DNA of 64,000 bases, from the IMG/VR virus record IMGVR_UViG_3300044712_001937, positions 186,001-250,000 of that record, one strand, 5' to 3'. Positions 20,038 to 30,277 of this stretch are shown piece by piece (within the stretch, counting starts at the first letter, position 1; every line of letters starts with the position of its first letter). Position numbers and translations under genes: made by a program. Under the pieces are notes generated by a model, which saw only the letters and a program-made list of their open reading frames with translations, had not been told where the DNA came from and made no database searches.

Positions 20038-20388
20038 ATGAAAACAAAACTTATTAAATGGTTAATTTCACTATTACAACCAAAATTTACTGTTGAGCAA
20101 ATCAAAAGAATCAATACTGCAAAAAATTTGTTCGAAATGTATTTTAACGGATTTGAAGATGAAGTTGAACCACAAAGTAATTTGTCTACATTTAGTTTAG
20201 GTATTACTAACTTTGAATTTGAATTCAAATCAAATTTATTGGTAATGACTGTAACATTACTTAGACCGGGATTATTAATTGGAAAACGTGGTTCAACTAT
20301 AGAAGGTTTAACAAAATACTTAACTTCCGAAAATGAACCAGTTGAGATTAAAATAAAAGAATCTAAACTTTGGAATAGTATAAAATAA
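20038..20388 (+). CDS. KH-domain protein (ribosomal protein S3-like KH)
   Basis: TLLRPGLLIGKRGSTIEGLTKYL carries the GxxG loop. Confidence 0.75.
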   Translation: MKTKLIKWLISLLQPKFTVEQIKRINTAKNLFEMYFNGFEDEVEPQSNLSTFSLGITNFEFEFKSNLLVMTVTLLRPGLLIGKRGSTIEGLTKYLTSENEPVEIKIKESKLWNSIK

Positions 20389-20405
20389 CAATAATACTTA
20401 TAACA

Positions 20406-20633
20406 ATGGGAATTTTATCAATTCAAGCAAAGTGTTCAGATATGTGTCATATATCATTCTCAGATAAAAATACTGGAATTGATATAGAGCATCAAGGTTA
20501 TGTTCCAAAAGGTATAGGTATTGGTGGTGGTGATATGATTAGACTGCAAATTGATACTGTAACTGGTAAAGTTTTATCAGCAGGTTTAATGACTGATGCT
20601 GATATAATTGAAGCAATTGAAAACGAAAAATAA
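20406..20633 (+). CDS. Hypothetical protein
   Basis: ORF in run. Confidence 0.7.
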   Translation: MGILSIQAKCSDMCHISFSDKNTGIDIEHQGYVPKGIGIGGGDMIRLQIDTVTGKVLSAGLMTDADIIEAIENEK

Positions 20634-20757
20634 AAATTATGAAAACAATATTAATTTACATTTTCAGTAATTTTGGAATAACATTAGCATTGTTTTTATT
20701 AATAATTCGTTTATTTTCAGAATTTTTTAAACTAAAAAATAACTAATAACATATTAT

Positions 20758-21108
20758 ATGATACTTAAGCTAAATATTAAAGCCACAAAAATTCAAGGTC
20801 AAAGTAAGTCTGAACTTATGGATAGACTTCACATGTACGGTTATACTGTAAGTAGTAAGTATGGAAGTTATTATGGTAGTATGAACGACAGAGATGAATA
20901 CATTCTTGTTGCAAACTTCCAGAAGGTAAATAAGAAGACCAAACAAGTAAAAAAGAATATTAAAGGTAAAATAAAAACTGTATCAACAATTATCCGTAGA
21001 GCGCATTGGATTGCGTATTACTATCGCATCCCTAAAGCTTGGCTTGAAGCAAGTGGTTCTAAAGTAGAACAACGTTCAAGAAATTTCGTAATTAAAAATA
21101 AAAAGTAA
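20758..21108 (+). CDS. Basic hypothetical protein
   Basis: ORF in run. Confidence 0.7.
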   Translation: MILKLNIKATKIQGQSKSELMDRLHMYGYTVSSKYGSYYGSMNDRDEYILVANFQKVNKKTKQVKKNIKGKIKTVSTIIRRAHWIAYYYRIPKAWLEASGSKVEQRSRNFVIKNKK

Positions 21109-21407
21109 TGAAAAAAAATGAAAATTTAATTCTTCAGATAGTATTAATATTATCAGTTGTTGGTGGAATTATAATTGGTTGTAGTAAAAAACCTGAACCA
21201 ATACCTAAAGATGGTGATAAAATTGAAAATTATGGGATATATAGCGATTTAGTTAAAGAAACATCAGGCAGAGGCTATAAAATTATAGTTATTGATAGCT
21301 GCGAATATATTTATGCTTGGTTTGGAGGTGGTTATGGAGGTGGTTCATTAACTCATAAAGGAAATTGTAAATTCTGTAAAGAAAGGTTGAAATTATGGAA
21401 AAATTAG
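21108..21407 (+). CDS. Putative lipoprotein
   Basis: Hydrophobic N-terminus ending IIIGC. Confidence 0.65.
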   Translation: MKKNENLILQIVLILSVVGGIIIGCSKKPEPIPKDGDKIENYGIYSDLVKETSGRGYKIIVIDSCEYIYAWFGGGYGGGSLTHKGNCKFCKERLKLWKN

Positions 21408-21604
21408 ATAAATTTGCAGATAATGATAATTGGAGTAATTGGATTGGTTTAAGAATCATCAAACATTCCAAGAAACCATTTAAAAATGGCAAGCAAGTCA
21501 ATATTGCAGTTTCAATGAAAACTAATCCAAATTCGAATAAAATGGGTTTTGAAGTTGAAGATGGTTCTATTGTCGATTGCCATCAATGTAAACTTTTTAA
21601 TTAA
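21395..21604 (+). CDS. Hypothetical protein
   Basis: ORF in run. Confidence 0.65.
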   Translation: MEKLDKFADNDNWSNWIGLRIIKHSKKPFKNGKQVNIAVSMKTNPNSNKMGFEVEDGSIVDCHQCKLFN

Positions 21605-22400
21605 AACTTGTATGAGCAAACTTAAGGATTTAATTTCAAAATATGGTAAGGATAAAATTAATACTTTCACCAAATATCCTTCCATATTAACACTTCATAA
21701 ATTAGGTGATAAAGGTAGGTTAACTCCTGAATTAACTACAGATGTTAGTGGTGAAACTATGTATGGTACTGAAAAGATTGATGGTACTAATACAAGAATC
21801 GTTTGTTATGGGTTTGATTATTTATTTGGTTCAAGAGAGAATATTCTATACTATTTTGAAGATTTATATTTTGACCCAGCACAAGGAATTGTTGATGGTT
21901 TAAAATCTTTGGAGATTGAGAAAATTATCCCCGTAACTGATGATTTTACTGTCATATACGGTGAATTTTATGGTGGAAAGGTTAGTTCAAATTCAAAGTG
22001 GTATGGTCAGGATAAAATAGGTTTCAGGGTATTTGATGTTGCTGTTTATAGCGAAGAAGATTTATTAATATTAGATAAAACATTGCCGGAGATATCGAGA
22101 TGGAGAGAAACCGAAACTGAGACTGGTATTATTTATGGTCAGAATTTTATCACCAGAGATGAGATTATTAATTTAATCCCAGAGTTTGAGTTAGTACCTT
22201 TAATCACTACTAATTTTGGACAATTAGGCGATTATTCACATCAAAATATTTTACAATATCTAAAAACCTATATACCTATAACTAATGTAGCTTTATCTGA
22301 AACAGCTATAAAGAAAACAGAAGGTTTAGTTTTACGTACTGATGATAGGTCAAAGATTGTGAAAATCAGGTTTGAAGATTACGAAAGAACTTTAAGATAA
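21549..22400 (+). CDS. RNA ligase, Rnl2-like nucleotidyltransferase (start probably 21611)
   Basis: Motif I EKIDGTN; IYGEFYG; FRVFDV; EGLVLR; terminal KIVKIR. Confidence 0.85.
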   Translation: MKLKMVLLSIAINVNFLIKTCMSKLKDLISKYGKDKINTFTKYPSILTLHKLGDKGRLTPELTTDVSGETMYGTEKIDGTNTRIVCYGFDYLFGSRENILYYFEDLYFDPAQGIVDGLKSLEIEKIIPVTDDFTVIYGEFYGGKVSSNSKWYGQDKIGFRVFDVAVYSEEDLLILDKTLPEISRWRETETETGIIYGQNFITRDEIINLIPEFELVPLITTNFGQLGDYSHQNILQYLKTYIPITNVALSETAIKKTEGLVLRTDDRSKIVKIRFEDYERTLR

Positions 22401-22506
22401 ACGTTAACTTCCGTAGATTTGGAGAGGTCTATTGATTTTAATTAAACCCATGTAACATTGCATGGGTTTTTTCGTATATAGATGCATAATCAATAAATTT
22501 TAAACT

Positions 22507-22860
22507 ATGAAAAATATATCTAAAGAAGAGATTTGGGATGCAAATAAATATATTGCTATGTTTATGGATTATGAAATATTTGGCAATACAGTTATTTGTG
22601 GTTCAGGTCAAAGACTACATATATCTGAATTCAATTACCATACTGATTATAGAGAATTAATGCCTGTTGTTGATAAAATAAATCGTAGGGATTGGGTTAC
22701 AATATTGGCTAATGAATGTAAAATTCATTCTTTAATGGTTAATGAATTTGAAACCATTCATGTAATTGAAGAAGGTTGTGAAGAAGTTAAAGAACCAATA
22801 TGGAAAGCCGTTTCCCAATATTGTAAATGGTTTATTATTGAGAAAAAAACAATGGAATAA
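22507..22860 (+). CDS. Hypothetical protein, paralog of 9428
   Basis: NKYIAMFM...NYHTDYRELMPVVDKI. Confidence 0.75.
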   Translation: MKNISKEEIWDANKYIAMFMDYEIFGNTVICGSGQRLHISEFNYHTDYRELMPVVDKINRRDWVTILANECKIHSLMVNEFETIHVIEEGCEEVKEPIWKAVSQYCKWFIIEKKTME

Positions 22861-23026
22861 GTTGTGAAATTTAAAATTATTCATATTTTTGTATTTACTA
22901 TTTGTTAAGAATATGTAAACAGTTTAACCAGAACTGGCATATTCACCAATGAAGATTGGACGAAACCCGTGTAACATTACATGGGTTTTTTCGTATATAG
23001 ATGTATAACCAATAAAAATTAAAATA

Positions 23027-24202
23027 ATGAGTGAAAATATTAAAGAACAAGGAGTACTTCATTTTTCATTAGGTGAGGAATTTGGAATCAGATTAATGGA
23101 GATTGCACAGGAACATCTTATATATGGTTATAATCCAGTTAAAGCAGTTGCTACCATTACTGATGGTCTTATTGGTTGTCCTTATGATTTTGCGTTAAAA
23201 ATATTAAAAGGCGATATCGTTTTATTTGTTGAAGGTGATGGATTAATAGCTACTGAACGTACAAGTGAAAACGATAAAATATTTCCGAAACTGGATATCC
23301 AAAACTGGATAACACGTAGACATAATGATATTGTTGAACATGGTGAAGTTTTAAAATCTGAATTAAAAACATTTCAATCCAAAATTCATAGAGATAATTA
23401 CAAATTTGAAATGAATTTTGATTATGATTCAATATTTAAATTCATTGCCGGAAACGATAATATAATTCTCGATGAATTAAGAGATAACAGCGATATAAAA
23501 CAAATTGAATTACTTATCTCTGTTACCAAAAAATACATTGACCATTCCTTGCAAATTAAATCCGCAATGGAATGGATTGTTAATACTTGGGGCGATGAAG
23601 ATGAAGAATATTCTAATATTATTGATGAGTGTTCGGATTCTTTAATGAATGTAATGAATCTTTTAAAAGATACATTATCTTTAGATTTTGATTTTGGTCT
23701 TATCGAAGATGACGAATTAGCTTCTTTTGTTGAAAACACAATTGAAATTGATAATATTATATCCAAAGGGATTGAACCAGTTGATATTATGGATAATTAC
23801 TCTGCGGGTTGGTTAAGTCCCGAAGGTGTATTTTATGGATTAAATGGTGATATAGCTAATATGTTGCATCAACAAATTGCAGATGCTTTAGTGGAAATAA
23901 ATATAATTCCTGAAAATTATAAAGAAAATGCTGTTAATCCAGATTCTTGGTTAGCTAAAAATGGTTGGGTTAAAATTCATGGAAATAATATTCAGTTTGA
24001 AGGTTGTTTAAATTACAGACTACAAAGTAAAAATATTAATTTGAGCAATAAACAAATTAATATTGTGAAATGTTATATTAATTATTGTCATTCAGGAATT
24101 ATGCGATTGGGTTGGAAATTGATTCCAGTAAGTGCAGCAAGATTTGAAATGATGGCAGAAGAGGATATTATTGCTTTGAATAAAGAATATTTTGAATATT
24201 AA
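23027..24202 (+). CDS. Hypothetical protein
   Basis: 391-aa ORF behind hairpin-promoter at 22963. Confidence 0.85.
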   Translation: MSENIKEQGVLHFSLGEEFGIRLMEIAQEHLIYGYNPVKAVATITDGLIGCPYDFALKILKGDIVLFVEGDGLIATERTSENDKIFPKLDIQNWITRRHNDIVEHGEVLKSELKTFQSKIHRDNYKFEMNFDYDSIFKFIAGNDNIILDELRDNSDIKQIELLISVTKKYIDHSLQIKSAMEWIVNTWGDEDEEYSNIIDECSDSLMNVMNLLKDTLSLDFDFGLIEDDELASFVENTIEIDNIISKGIEPVDIMDNYSAGWLSPEGVFYGLNGDIANMLHQQIADALVEINIIPENYKENAVNPDSWLAKNGWVKIHGNNIQFEGCLNYRLQSKNINLSNKQINIVKCYINYCHSGIMRLGWKLIPVSAARFEMMAEEDIIALNKEYFEY

Positions 24203-24253
24203 AATCATGTAACATAATACATTTTATTTCGTATATAATTAAAAATAAATAAT

Positions 24254-24556
24254 ATGAGTAAATACGATATTAATACACATGGCGATTTTAAGAAATACTA
24301 TGATAGTAAATATAAACGAAATTATTGGGTGCTTGGATATTTCGGTGGTGGTGCTGTCAATATAGTAGATGCATATGAACTTGCAAAACAATTCGCAGAT
24401 GCAATTAAAGTTCCATTGGAGACTGTACAAATCGATGAAGTGTTAAAGTCTCGCAGATATAAACATTTCAAGTTTTTATATTCAACTGTTGATGAACAAA
24501 AACCTGAAAAGGATAGTAACATAATAGAAAATGTATATCAATGGTTAACTGATTAA
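24254..24556 (+). CDS. Hypothetical protein
   Basis: Behind promoter motif at 24209. Confidence 0.75.
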   Translation: MSKYDINTHGDFKKYYDSKYKRNYWVLGYFGGGAVNIVDAYELAKQFADAIKVPLETVQIDEVLKSRRYKHFKFLYSTVDEQKPEKDSNIIENVYQWLTD

Positions 24557-24569
24557 AATTAATAAATTT

Positions 24570-24860
24570 ATGGAAGTAACTGAATATAAACTCAAGCTTA
24601 AAATTCTTAAAGAAGAATATGATACGAAATTAAATGAATTGCATACTGAATTTGCAATGTCTAATAATAACGTACATAATGGTGATGTATTCACAGACCA
24701 TATTGGAAGTGTTAAAGTTGACCGTATTGAAGTAACTCTTGCAAGTTCAGATAATATTCCATCGTGCGTGTATTATGGTTTTGAGGTGAAGAAAGATGGA
24801 ACACCTAAGAAAAGACCTTATTATCGCTTGGCGTACCAAATTAATGAAGTAAAAAAATAA
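24570..24860 (+). CDS. Hypothetical protein
   Basis: ORF in run. Confidence 0.7.
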   Translation: MEVTEYKLKLKILKEEYDTKLNELHTEFAMSNNNVHNGDVFTDHIGSVKVDRIEVTLASSDNIPSCVYYGFEVKKDGTPKKRPYYRLAYQINEVKK

Positions 24861-24864
24861 TAAA

Positions 24865-25080
24865 ATGCCTAAGAAAATTAATCATATTACTAATACTGAT
24901 GAATGTTGTGCACACTGTGGAATACCATTTAAATATTACTGGTATGATAAGGAAGAACGAAATGGAATTAGTGAAATTAAATGGAATGATAAATATCATA
25001 AACATTGTAGCGAGATTGTAACAGGTAGTGAGTGTAAAAGTTTACAAAAGTTAAACGAAGAAAGAAAAATAATCAAATAA
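24865..25080 (+). CDS. Hypothetical protein
   Basis: ORF in run. Confidence 0.6.
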   Translation: MPKKINHITNTDECCAHCGIPFKYYWYDKEERNGISEIKWNDKYHKHCSEIVTGSECKSLQKLNEERKIIK

Positions 25081-25089
25081 AATAACAAA

Positions 25090-25284
25090 ATGCCTGATAT
25101 TTTAAAATCATTTAAGGTACTCTGTAAGATTGATAAAAACGATGGGAATGGTATTAAAGACGATTATCCTGTATTCACTAAAGCTAATGATGATGTAGAT
25201 GCTGAAAAAAATGTGAAATATTATTGGGTAATGGAAAAACCGGAAGTTTCTTATTATGGTGTAACTAAAATAATTGAAATGTAA
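25090..25284 (+). CDS. Hypothetical protein
   Basis: ORF in run. Confidence 0.6.
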   Translation: MPDILKSFKVLCKIDKNDGNGIKDDYPVFTKANDDVDAEKNVKYYWVMEKPEVSYYGVTKIIEM

Positions 25285-25724
25285 TGTACATTAAAGAAAA
25301 AATATCGAAACATCAATATTTATTCAACATTTATTTTAATGATAATGTTGATAGTCCAAAGACTCTAATATCTTATTTATTATTAAAAGATTATTATAGG
25401 GATTTGGATATTAGCATGAATGAAGAATATGATTGGGGATATTATTTTATTGTGCGTAGGCATTTCTTACGCAAAATGAATAAATTAAATGGTGGTTACT
25501 GGAAATGTCATTATTGCGGAAAGGTTATAACAATCATGCAGGAACGTAATAGTAAATCTTTAAATAAAAATGCTATAACAGTTGACCATAAACTCGCATT
25601 AGCTAATGGTGGAGATTTACTTGATACTAAAAATATGGTTGAAAGTTGTTATAAATGTAATCATGAGAAAGAAGATAAATCTTATGATGAATTTAAAAAC
25701 TCCAAAGAAATTTGTTGTGTTTAA
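25284..25724 (+). CDS. HNH endonuclease
   Basis: CHYCG...TVDHKLALANGG...NMVESCYKCNHEK. Confidence 0.85.
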   Translation: MYIKEKISKHQYLFNIYFNDNVDSPKTLISYLLLKDYYRDLDISMNEEYDWGYYFIVRRHFLRKMNKLNGGYWKCHYCGKVITIMQERNSKSLNKNAITVDHKLALANGGDLLDTKNMVESCYKCNHEKEDKSYDEFKNSKEICCV

Positions 25725-25759
25725 ATTAATTTATATATTTGTCTAAAATATAACAAATA

Positions 25760-26593
25760 ATGAATGATAAAAAATCCATATGCGTATTATGCGGGAGAGA
25801 ATGGCTACCTGTAATTAAAAATTTATGCGAATGTGGAGGTTTTTGTACATGGGGGTTTGAACCAAATAAACCTGAAAGTTTTACTGTTGATGCCGAAGGA
25901 AATTGGCATTTAAAACCAATACCAATGATTGAAAAAAAGTCTATAAAACTATCCGATATTAAAGTTAATCTTCCATTCAATATACAAAAGAACATGTATA
26001 TTGGACATTTGATGGATTGGAAAGATGGTATCCATAAATATGGATATAAGGTGGATTTTGATGTTTTTTTACCAACAAAAGGAATTAATCTTCAACGTGA
26101 TTTTTGCTGGACAATTGAGCAAAAACAAGAACTTATATTATCGGTAATTAAAGGTGTAGATATTCAAACATTCACAGTTATAATTTATATTGAAGATAGT
26201 ATTAAAAGAGATACTACAATTAAATTCATAGATGGAAAGCAAAGATTCTCAACATTACTTGATTTCATTCAAGATAAATTTCCGGTAAAATTATTAGGTG
26301 AAAGTTATTTATATAGTGAACTTCCTAAAGATATTAAGGATGTTATTGACCATTTCGATATACATTTCAATCAAACATACGAATACCAAGATGATTTAAT
26401 ATCTGACGATATGAAAATAGCTTGGTTTGAACAAATTAACTTTGCTGGCACTCCCCAAGATATTGAACATTTAAATCGTTTAAAATCCGATAAGAAGATT
26501 CATAAATCTATTTGTAGTGCTGATAAAATTGGTGCTTGGTGTTTAGGATGTGAAGAAAGAAATAATTGTAAACTTTATCGCAATAATTTATGA
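25760..26593 (+). CDS. DUF262 protein with N-terminal Zn ribbon
   Basis: LQRDFCWT...LILSVIKG...FIDGKQRF...FEQINFAGTP. Confidence 0.8.
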   Translation: MNDKKSICVLCGREWLPVIKNLCECGGFCTWGFEPNKPESFTVDAEGNWHLKPIPMIEKKSIKLSDIKVNLPFNIQKNMYIGHLMDWKDGIHKYGYKVDFDVFLPTKGINLQRDFCWTIEQKQELILSVIKGVDIQTFTVIIYIEDSIKRDTTIKFIDGKQRFSTLLDFIQDKFPVKLLGESYLYSELPKDIKDVIDHFDIHFNQTYEYQDDLISDDMKIAWFEQINFAGTPQDIEHLNRLKSDKKIHKSICSADKIGAWCLGCEERNNCKLYRNNL

Positions 26594-26793
26594 AATTTTT
26601 ATTACAAACATTTTATATTTTTTTAGTCTTATTTATGATATTATATATTGGAATATCAGTTTATTGTGGTAACTGGAATCCTGTTTGTTGGAACATTAAT
26701 ATTAGAACATCATTTTTAGGATATAGTTTACTTACTTTATTTATTGCATTTGCAATTAGATTTTTCACATATTTAATTAATGAATATGAATAA
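26590..26793 (+). CDS. Small membrane protein
   Basis: Two hydrophobic helices. Confidence 0.6.
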   Translation: MKFLLQTFYIFLVLFMILYIGISVYCGNWNPVCWNINIRTSFLGYSLLTLFIAFAIRFFTYLINEYE

Positions 26794-27139
26794 TAAAAAA
26801 TTAACTCTCGAAGAAGCCAAAGCATTATCCATTAAGAAATGGGAATTCATTGTTGACCATAATGGAGATGAGGATGAAGATTTAATGTTTAAAGATTTTC
26901 CTGAATTACAAAATCTTAAAAATGATTGTGCTTTATGTGAATTATTTTACGATACCAAGGATGTAGGATTATATTGTTGTGCTGGTTGTCCTATTCGTCC
27001 TAATATTGATGATTATGATGATACTCAAAATACTGGTTGTTATCAAAAAATTCATCCTTATTATATTTGGAGTAGCATCAGCACTCAAGAAAATGCTCAA
27101 AAAGTTTTGGATTTAATTAAAAACTTTAAATATGAATAG
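26780..27139 (+). CDS. Cys-rich hypothetical protein
   Basis: CALCELF...CAGCP...GC pattern similar to 7415/7803/61936. Confidence 0.75.
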   Translation: MNMNNKKLTLEEAKALSIKKWEFIVDHNGDEDEDLMFKDFPELQNLKNDCALCELFYDTKDVGLYCCAGCPIRPNIDDYDDTQNTGCYQKIHPYYIWSSISTQENAQKVLDLIKNFKYE

Positions 27140-27602
27140 ATTAATCTTATTTATTTTTATTTTATTCTTAGGAATATCAGTTTATAGCCAGAATAATTAT
27201 ATAACTGGTTGTTTTTATATCAATAATAACGGTACATATTTTATGGGTACTAATCAAACTCAATATGCATTACCAATAAAAATTACAGCAGTTAATGAAA
27301 CTAAAAATCAACAAAGATTTTGGACAATTAATCTTCAACCATATAGTAGTTTTACAATAAATAAAGATAATGGATGGATATGGGAAGCTTATGAGAAATT
27401 ATATATTACCTTTAATAATGGTCAATCTATATATTGGGTTTTTTCGCCTAAAAATACATCATTTAAAGGTTTAATTCCAAAAAAATCTTGTCAAATTGCT
27501 GGTTGTAATTGCATGAAATATATGAGCGAAGCTGGTTCTGATTATCCATATGGAACGTGGTGTAAGAAATGTAATCATTCTATAAATTATCATACTAAAT
27601 AA
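27132..27602 (+). CDS. Secreted hypothetical protein
   Basis: Signal peptide; Cys-rich tail. Confidence 0.7.
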   Translation: MNRLILFIFILFLGISVYSQNNYITGCFYINNNGTYFMGTNQTQYALPIKITAVNETKNQQRFWTINLQPYSSFTINKDNGWIWEAYEKLYITFNNGQSIYWVFSPKNTSFKGLIPKKSCQIAGCNCMKYMSEAGSDYPYGTWCKKCNHSINYHTK

Positions 27603-27623
27603 ATTTAATTAAAAACTTTAAAT

Positions 27624-28058
27624 ATGAATAGATTATTTTGGTTATTATATGTAATTGGTATTATAATTTTAATATCATGTGCTGGAAAAGGTACAACTAC
27701 TGAAAAATTAAGTGGTGATGAAGCTAATCTTCCAGAGGAATTAAAAGGTTTAAAAGTATATAAAGTATCAACTGGTAATGGAAAATATGTTAATGTAGCT
27801 ATTTTAAATAGTACAGTTAACTCTTTTACATATCCTGTTGGTAAACATACTGAAAGTACGATTATGGTTAAATCTAAAGATGATAATAGTAATTTTATTA
27901 AATATTCATCTGGGTTTGATATATATCTTAATTTTATTGATGGCTCAGTTAGAACTATTCCTAATAATTTAAATGTAATTAGAGAATTTGATATTATTCA
28001 GGAAGGTGATACTTGTAAATTCAGGGAATTTGATATTAAAACTAAATCAATGTTATAG
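27624..28058 (+). CDS. Putative lipoprotein
   Basis: IIILISC lipobox-like. Confidence 0.7.
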   Translation: MNRLFWLLYVIGIIILISCAGKGTTTEKLSGDEANLPEELKGLKVYKVSTGNGKYVNVAILNSTVNSFTYPVGKHTESTIMVKSKDDNSNFIKYSSGFDIYLNFIDGSVRTIPNNLNVIREFDIIQEGDTCKFREFDIKTKSML

Positions 28059-28323
28059 TATGAAAAACATAATTTCAATTTGGAATAAACCGATAAGTCC
28101 CGTAATTTCATTTATCATGACATTTATTATGGGATTACTAATTTCTAATTTTGCATTTAAATATAGTTTTTGGATATTTTTAATTGCAATTCCTTATCTT
28201 TATCAATTAATATTTTTAGTTGTTTTAAAACATAAGGTAGCTGAATTACTTAGTGCAATCGGAAAACTCATGGAAATGATTAGAAACGCTACAGTTCCTA
28301 ATAAAGAAGAAAATGTGGACTAA
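27988..28323 (+). CDS. Small membrane protein (start probably 28060)
   Basis: Hydrophobic helices. Confidence 0.6.
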   Translation: MILFRKVILVNSGNLILKLNQCYSMKNIISIWNKPISPVISFIMTFIMGLLISNFAFKYSFWIFLIAIPYLYQLIFLVVLKHKVAELLSAIGKLMEMIRNATVPNKEENVD

Positions 28324-28460
28324 CGAATATAATCCAAAAATTTCAACATGGTATATAACCAAATGTAATGGTGAACGTAATCCTATGTATTGGAACAATC
28401 CACGAAAATTTTGGTCTGATTTCTCAGGGAAAACATATAAGCCAGAAGAAGTGATTTGGC

Positions 28461-28925
28461 TTGACGATTTTAAAATACAATAAAATGAGTGTACAATTAG
28501 ACGAACATGCATATCAGAGATTAATAGATGAAAACATCATCGCTCTTGAAAAATATATGCCAGAACATTCTTTAGAGAAAAAACATACAATTGAAGTTCT
28601 TAAATGGAGTGTTAATGAAATTTATCATAACACAAAATTAGATGTTTCAAAAATGGAGGCTAATGATGTTAGCAAAATAGTTAAACTATATATAGAATTC
28701 TTACGTACCTCCGGAGAAACTAAACTACAAAATCAAATTGATTTCGTTGAATATTTAAATAATAATTTAATTAAAACTCCAATATTCATTTCCATTATCA
28801 ATTCATTAAAGGAGTTACAATCAATTAAAAATAGTAGAAATTATCCTGACTGTCCACTTCATACATCTACTTGTCATTGGGATAGTTTTTGCCCTAAAAA
28901 TGTGAAATGTTTACTTAAAGAATAA
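28461..28925 (+). CDS. Hypothetical protein
   Basis: ORF in run. Confidence 0.7.
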   Translation: MTILKYNKMSVQLDEHAYQRLIDENIIALEKYMPEHSLEKKHTIEVLKWSVNEIYHNTKLDVSKMEANDVSKIVKLYIEFLRTSGETKLQNQIDFVEYLNNNLIKTPIFISIINSLKELQSIKNSRNYPDCPLHTSTCHWDSFCPKNVKCLLKE

Positions 28926-28928
28926 TTT

Positions 28929-29132
28929 ATGCTTATATATAAACCAACAACTACAATTCGTGATTTAAACACATCACATACTGCTGTTCAGGGTGAAGAT
29001 TGCATAGTTGAAGCTATTGAAATAAACGGAAAACATTCATATGCTGTCGTTTTAAATAGTCAGAATAATAAATTAAATATTCCACTCGATATTCTTGATA
29101 AATATTTTACTATATTTGAAGTTAAATGTTAA
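28929..29132 (+). CDS. Hypothetical protein
   Basis: ORF in run. Confidence 0.6.
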   Translation: MLIYKPTTTIRDLNTSHTAVQGEDCIVEAIEINGKHSYAVVLNSQNNKLNIPLDILDKYFTIFEVKC

Positions 29133-29135
29133 ACT

Positions 29136-29429
29136 ATGGAAACTCCAATAACAAAAGCAATTAAAGAGTTTGAAAGATTAAAAGGTGATAGTAAAACCTT
29201 AAAAGATATTATCTATCTTGATGGTGTACTGGCAATTCTGGATTCATTTAAAATTTATGAGGAAAAATTTTTAAATGATTTAGATGAAACTTTTTTAGCT
29301 GAAATAAGTTTAGATTATGATAGTACAGAATATAAACTTGTTAAAGCTAAAAACGAAACTGAAGCAAAAAAGAAAGTTAGTCAACTATATGGTTCAGTAA
29401 GGATTAATATATTAACCACAATTAAATAA
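29136..29429 (+). CDS. Hypothetical protein
   Basis: ORF in run. Confidence 0.65.
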   Translation: METPITKAIKEFERLKGDSKTLKDIIYLDGVLAILDSFKIYEEKFLNDLDETFLAEISLDYDSTEYKLVKAKNETEAKKKVSQLYGSVRINILTTIK

Positions 29430-29436
29430 TATAACT

Positions 29437-29742
29437 ATGAGTGATTCAAATAATGTAAAAATTGAAGTTAGATTAATTTCAGATAAAGAATTAACTGAAA
29501 AATATGGTGGATACTTACGCTATAATATAGGTGATTGTTTTAAAACTAATGATAATCATTATTATATGCAAAGAAGTGAAAATGTATTACATATTAAAGA
29601 TGGAGAACTTATCAATATCTTACATAATAGTGCATTAGATAAAGAAAAACTAATTAAAATTAGTGATGAAGAGTTTGCAGACCAATTGAAGACTACCATT
29701 TTTAATTTAGGAATTTACGCATATACTGAAAACAAAGAATAA
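29437..29742 (+). CDS. Hypothetical protein
   Basis: ORF in run. Confidence 0.65.
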   Translation: MSDSNNVKIEVRLISDKELTEKYGGYLRYNIGDCFKTNDNHYYMQRSENVLHIKDGELINILHNSALDKEKLIKISDEEFADQLKTTIFNLGIYAYTENKE

Positions 29743-29752
29743 ATTTAACACT

Positions 29753-29935
29753 ATGGAAACTATTACACTTTTAATCATTTTTGGACTTAAAACTTGGTCT
29801 ATAATCTACTCATTAATGTTACTATTCATAATAATAGTTCGTATTTGGAATAAAGATTTTAATTTTAATATAGAGTATAAAGAAAGTTTTATTTTTACTT
29901 TTTATTTTATGTCACTATATGCATGGACTTTGTAA
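29753..29935 (+). CDS. Small membrane protein
   Basis: Hydrophobic ORF. Confidence 0.55.
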   Translation: METITLLIIFGLKTWSIIYSLMLLFIIIVRIWNKDFNFNIEYKESFIFTFYFMSLYAWTL

Positions 29936-29981
29936 CATTTTATATTTAATCTCGTATATTAAATAAAATATAATTTAGGAT

Positions 29982-30275
29982 ATGGAAATTTTTCTTACAT
30001 ATAATACTGATGAACTGCATTCATTGCTTTTGAAAATATATTATGGAATTAAAGAAACTGCCAAAGATGGTGCTTTCTCCCATGTTCGAAGTAAATCAAA
30101 CGAAAATCACAATTCATATCATTTTCAACATTTAGTTGAAAATTCGAATTCAACTATTGATAATTTAAAAGCATTTTATCCTGAAACTGATAGTAGAAGA
30201 AATTGTTTCAAACATATTATTTTAGAGGAATTTGAACAAGAAGCTGAAAGGTTTTTAAACTCAGATATTTACTAA
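29982..30275 (+). CDS. Hypothetical protein
   Basis: Behind promoter motif at 29932. Confidence 0.7.
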   Translation: MEIFLTYNTDELHSLLLKIYYGIKETAKDGAFSHVRSKSNENHNSYHFQHLVENSNSTIDNLKAFYPETDSRRNCFKHIILEEFEQEAERFLNSDIY

Positions 30276-30277
30276 AT

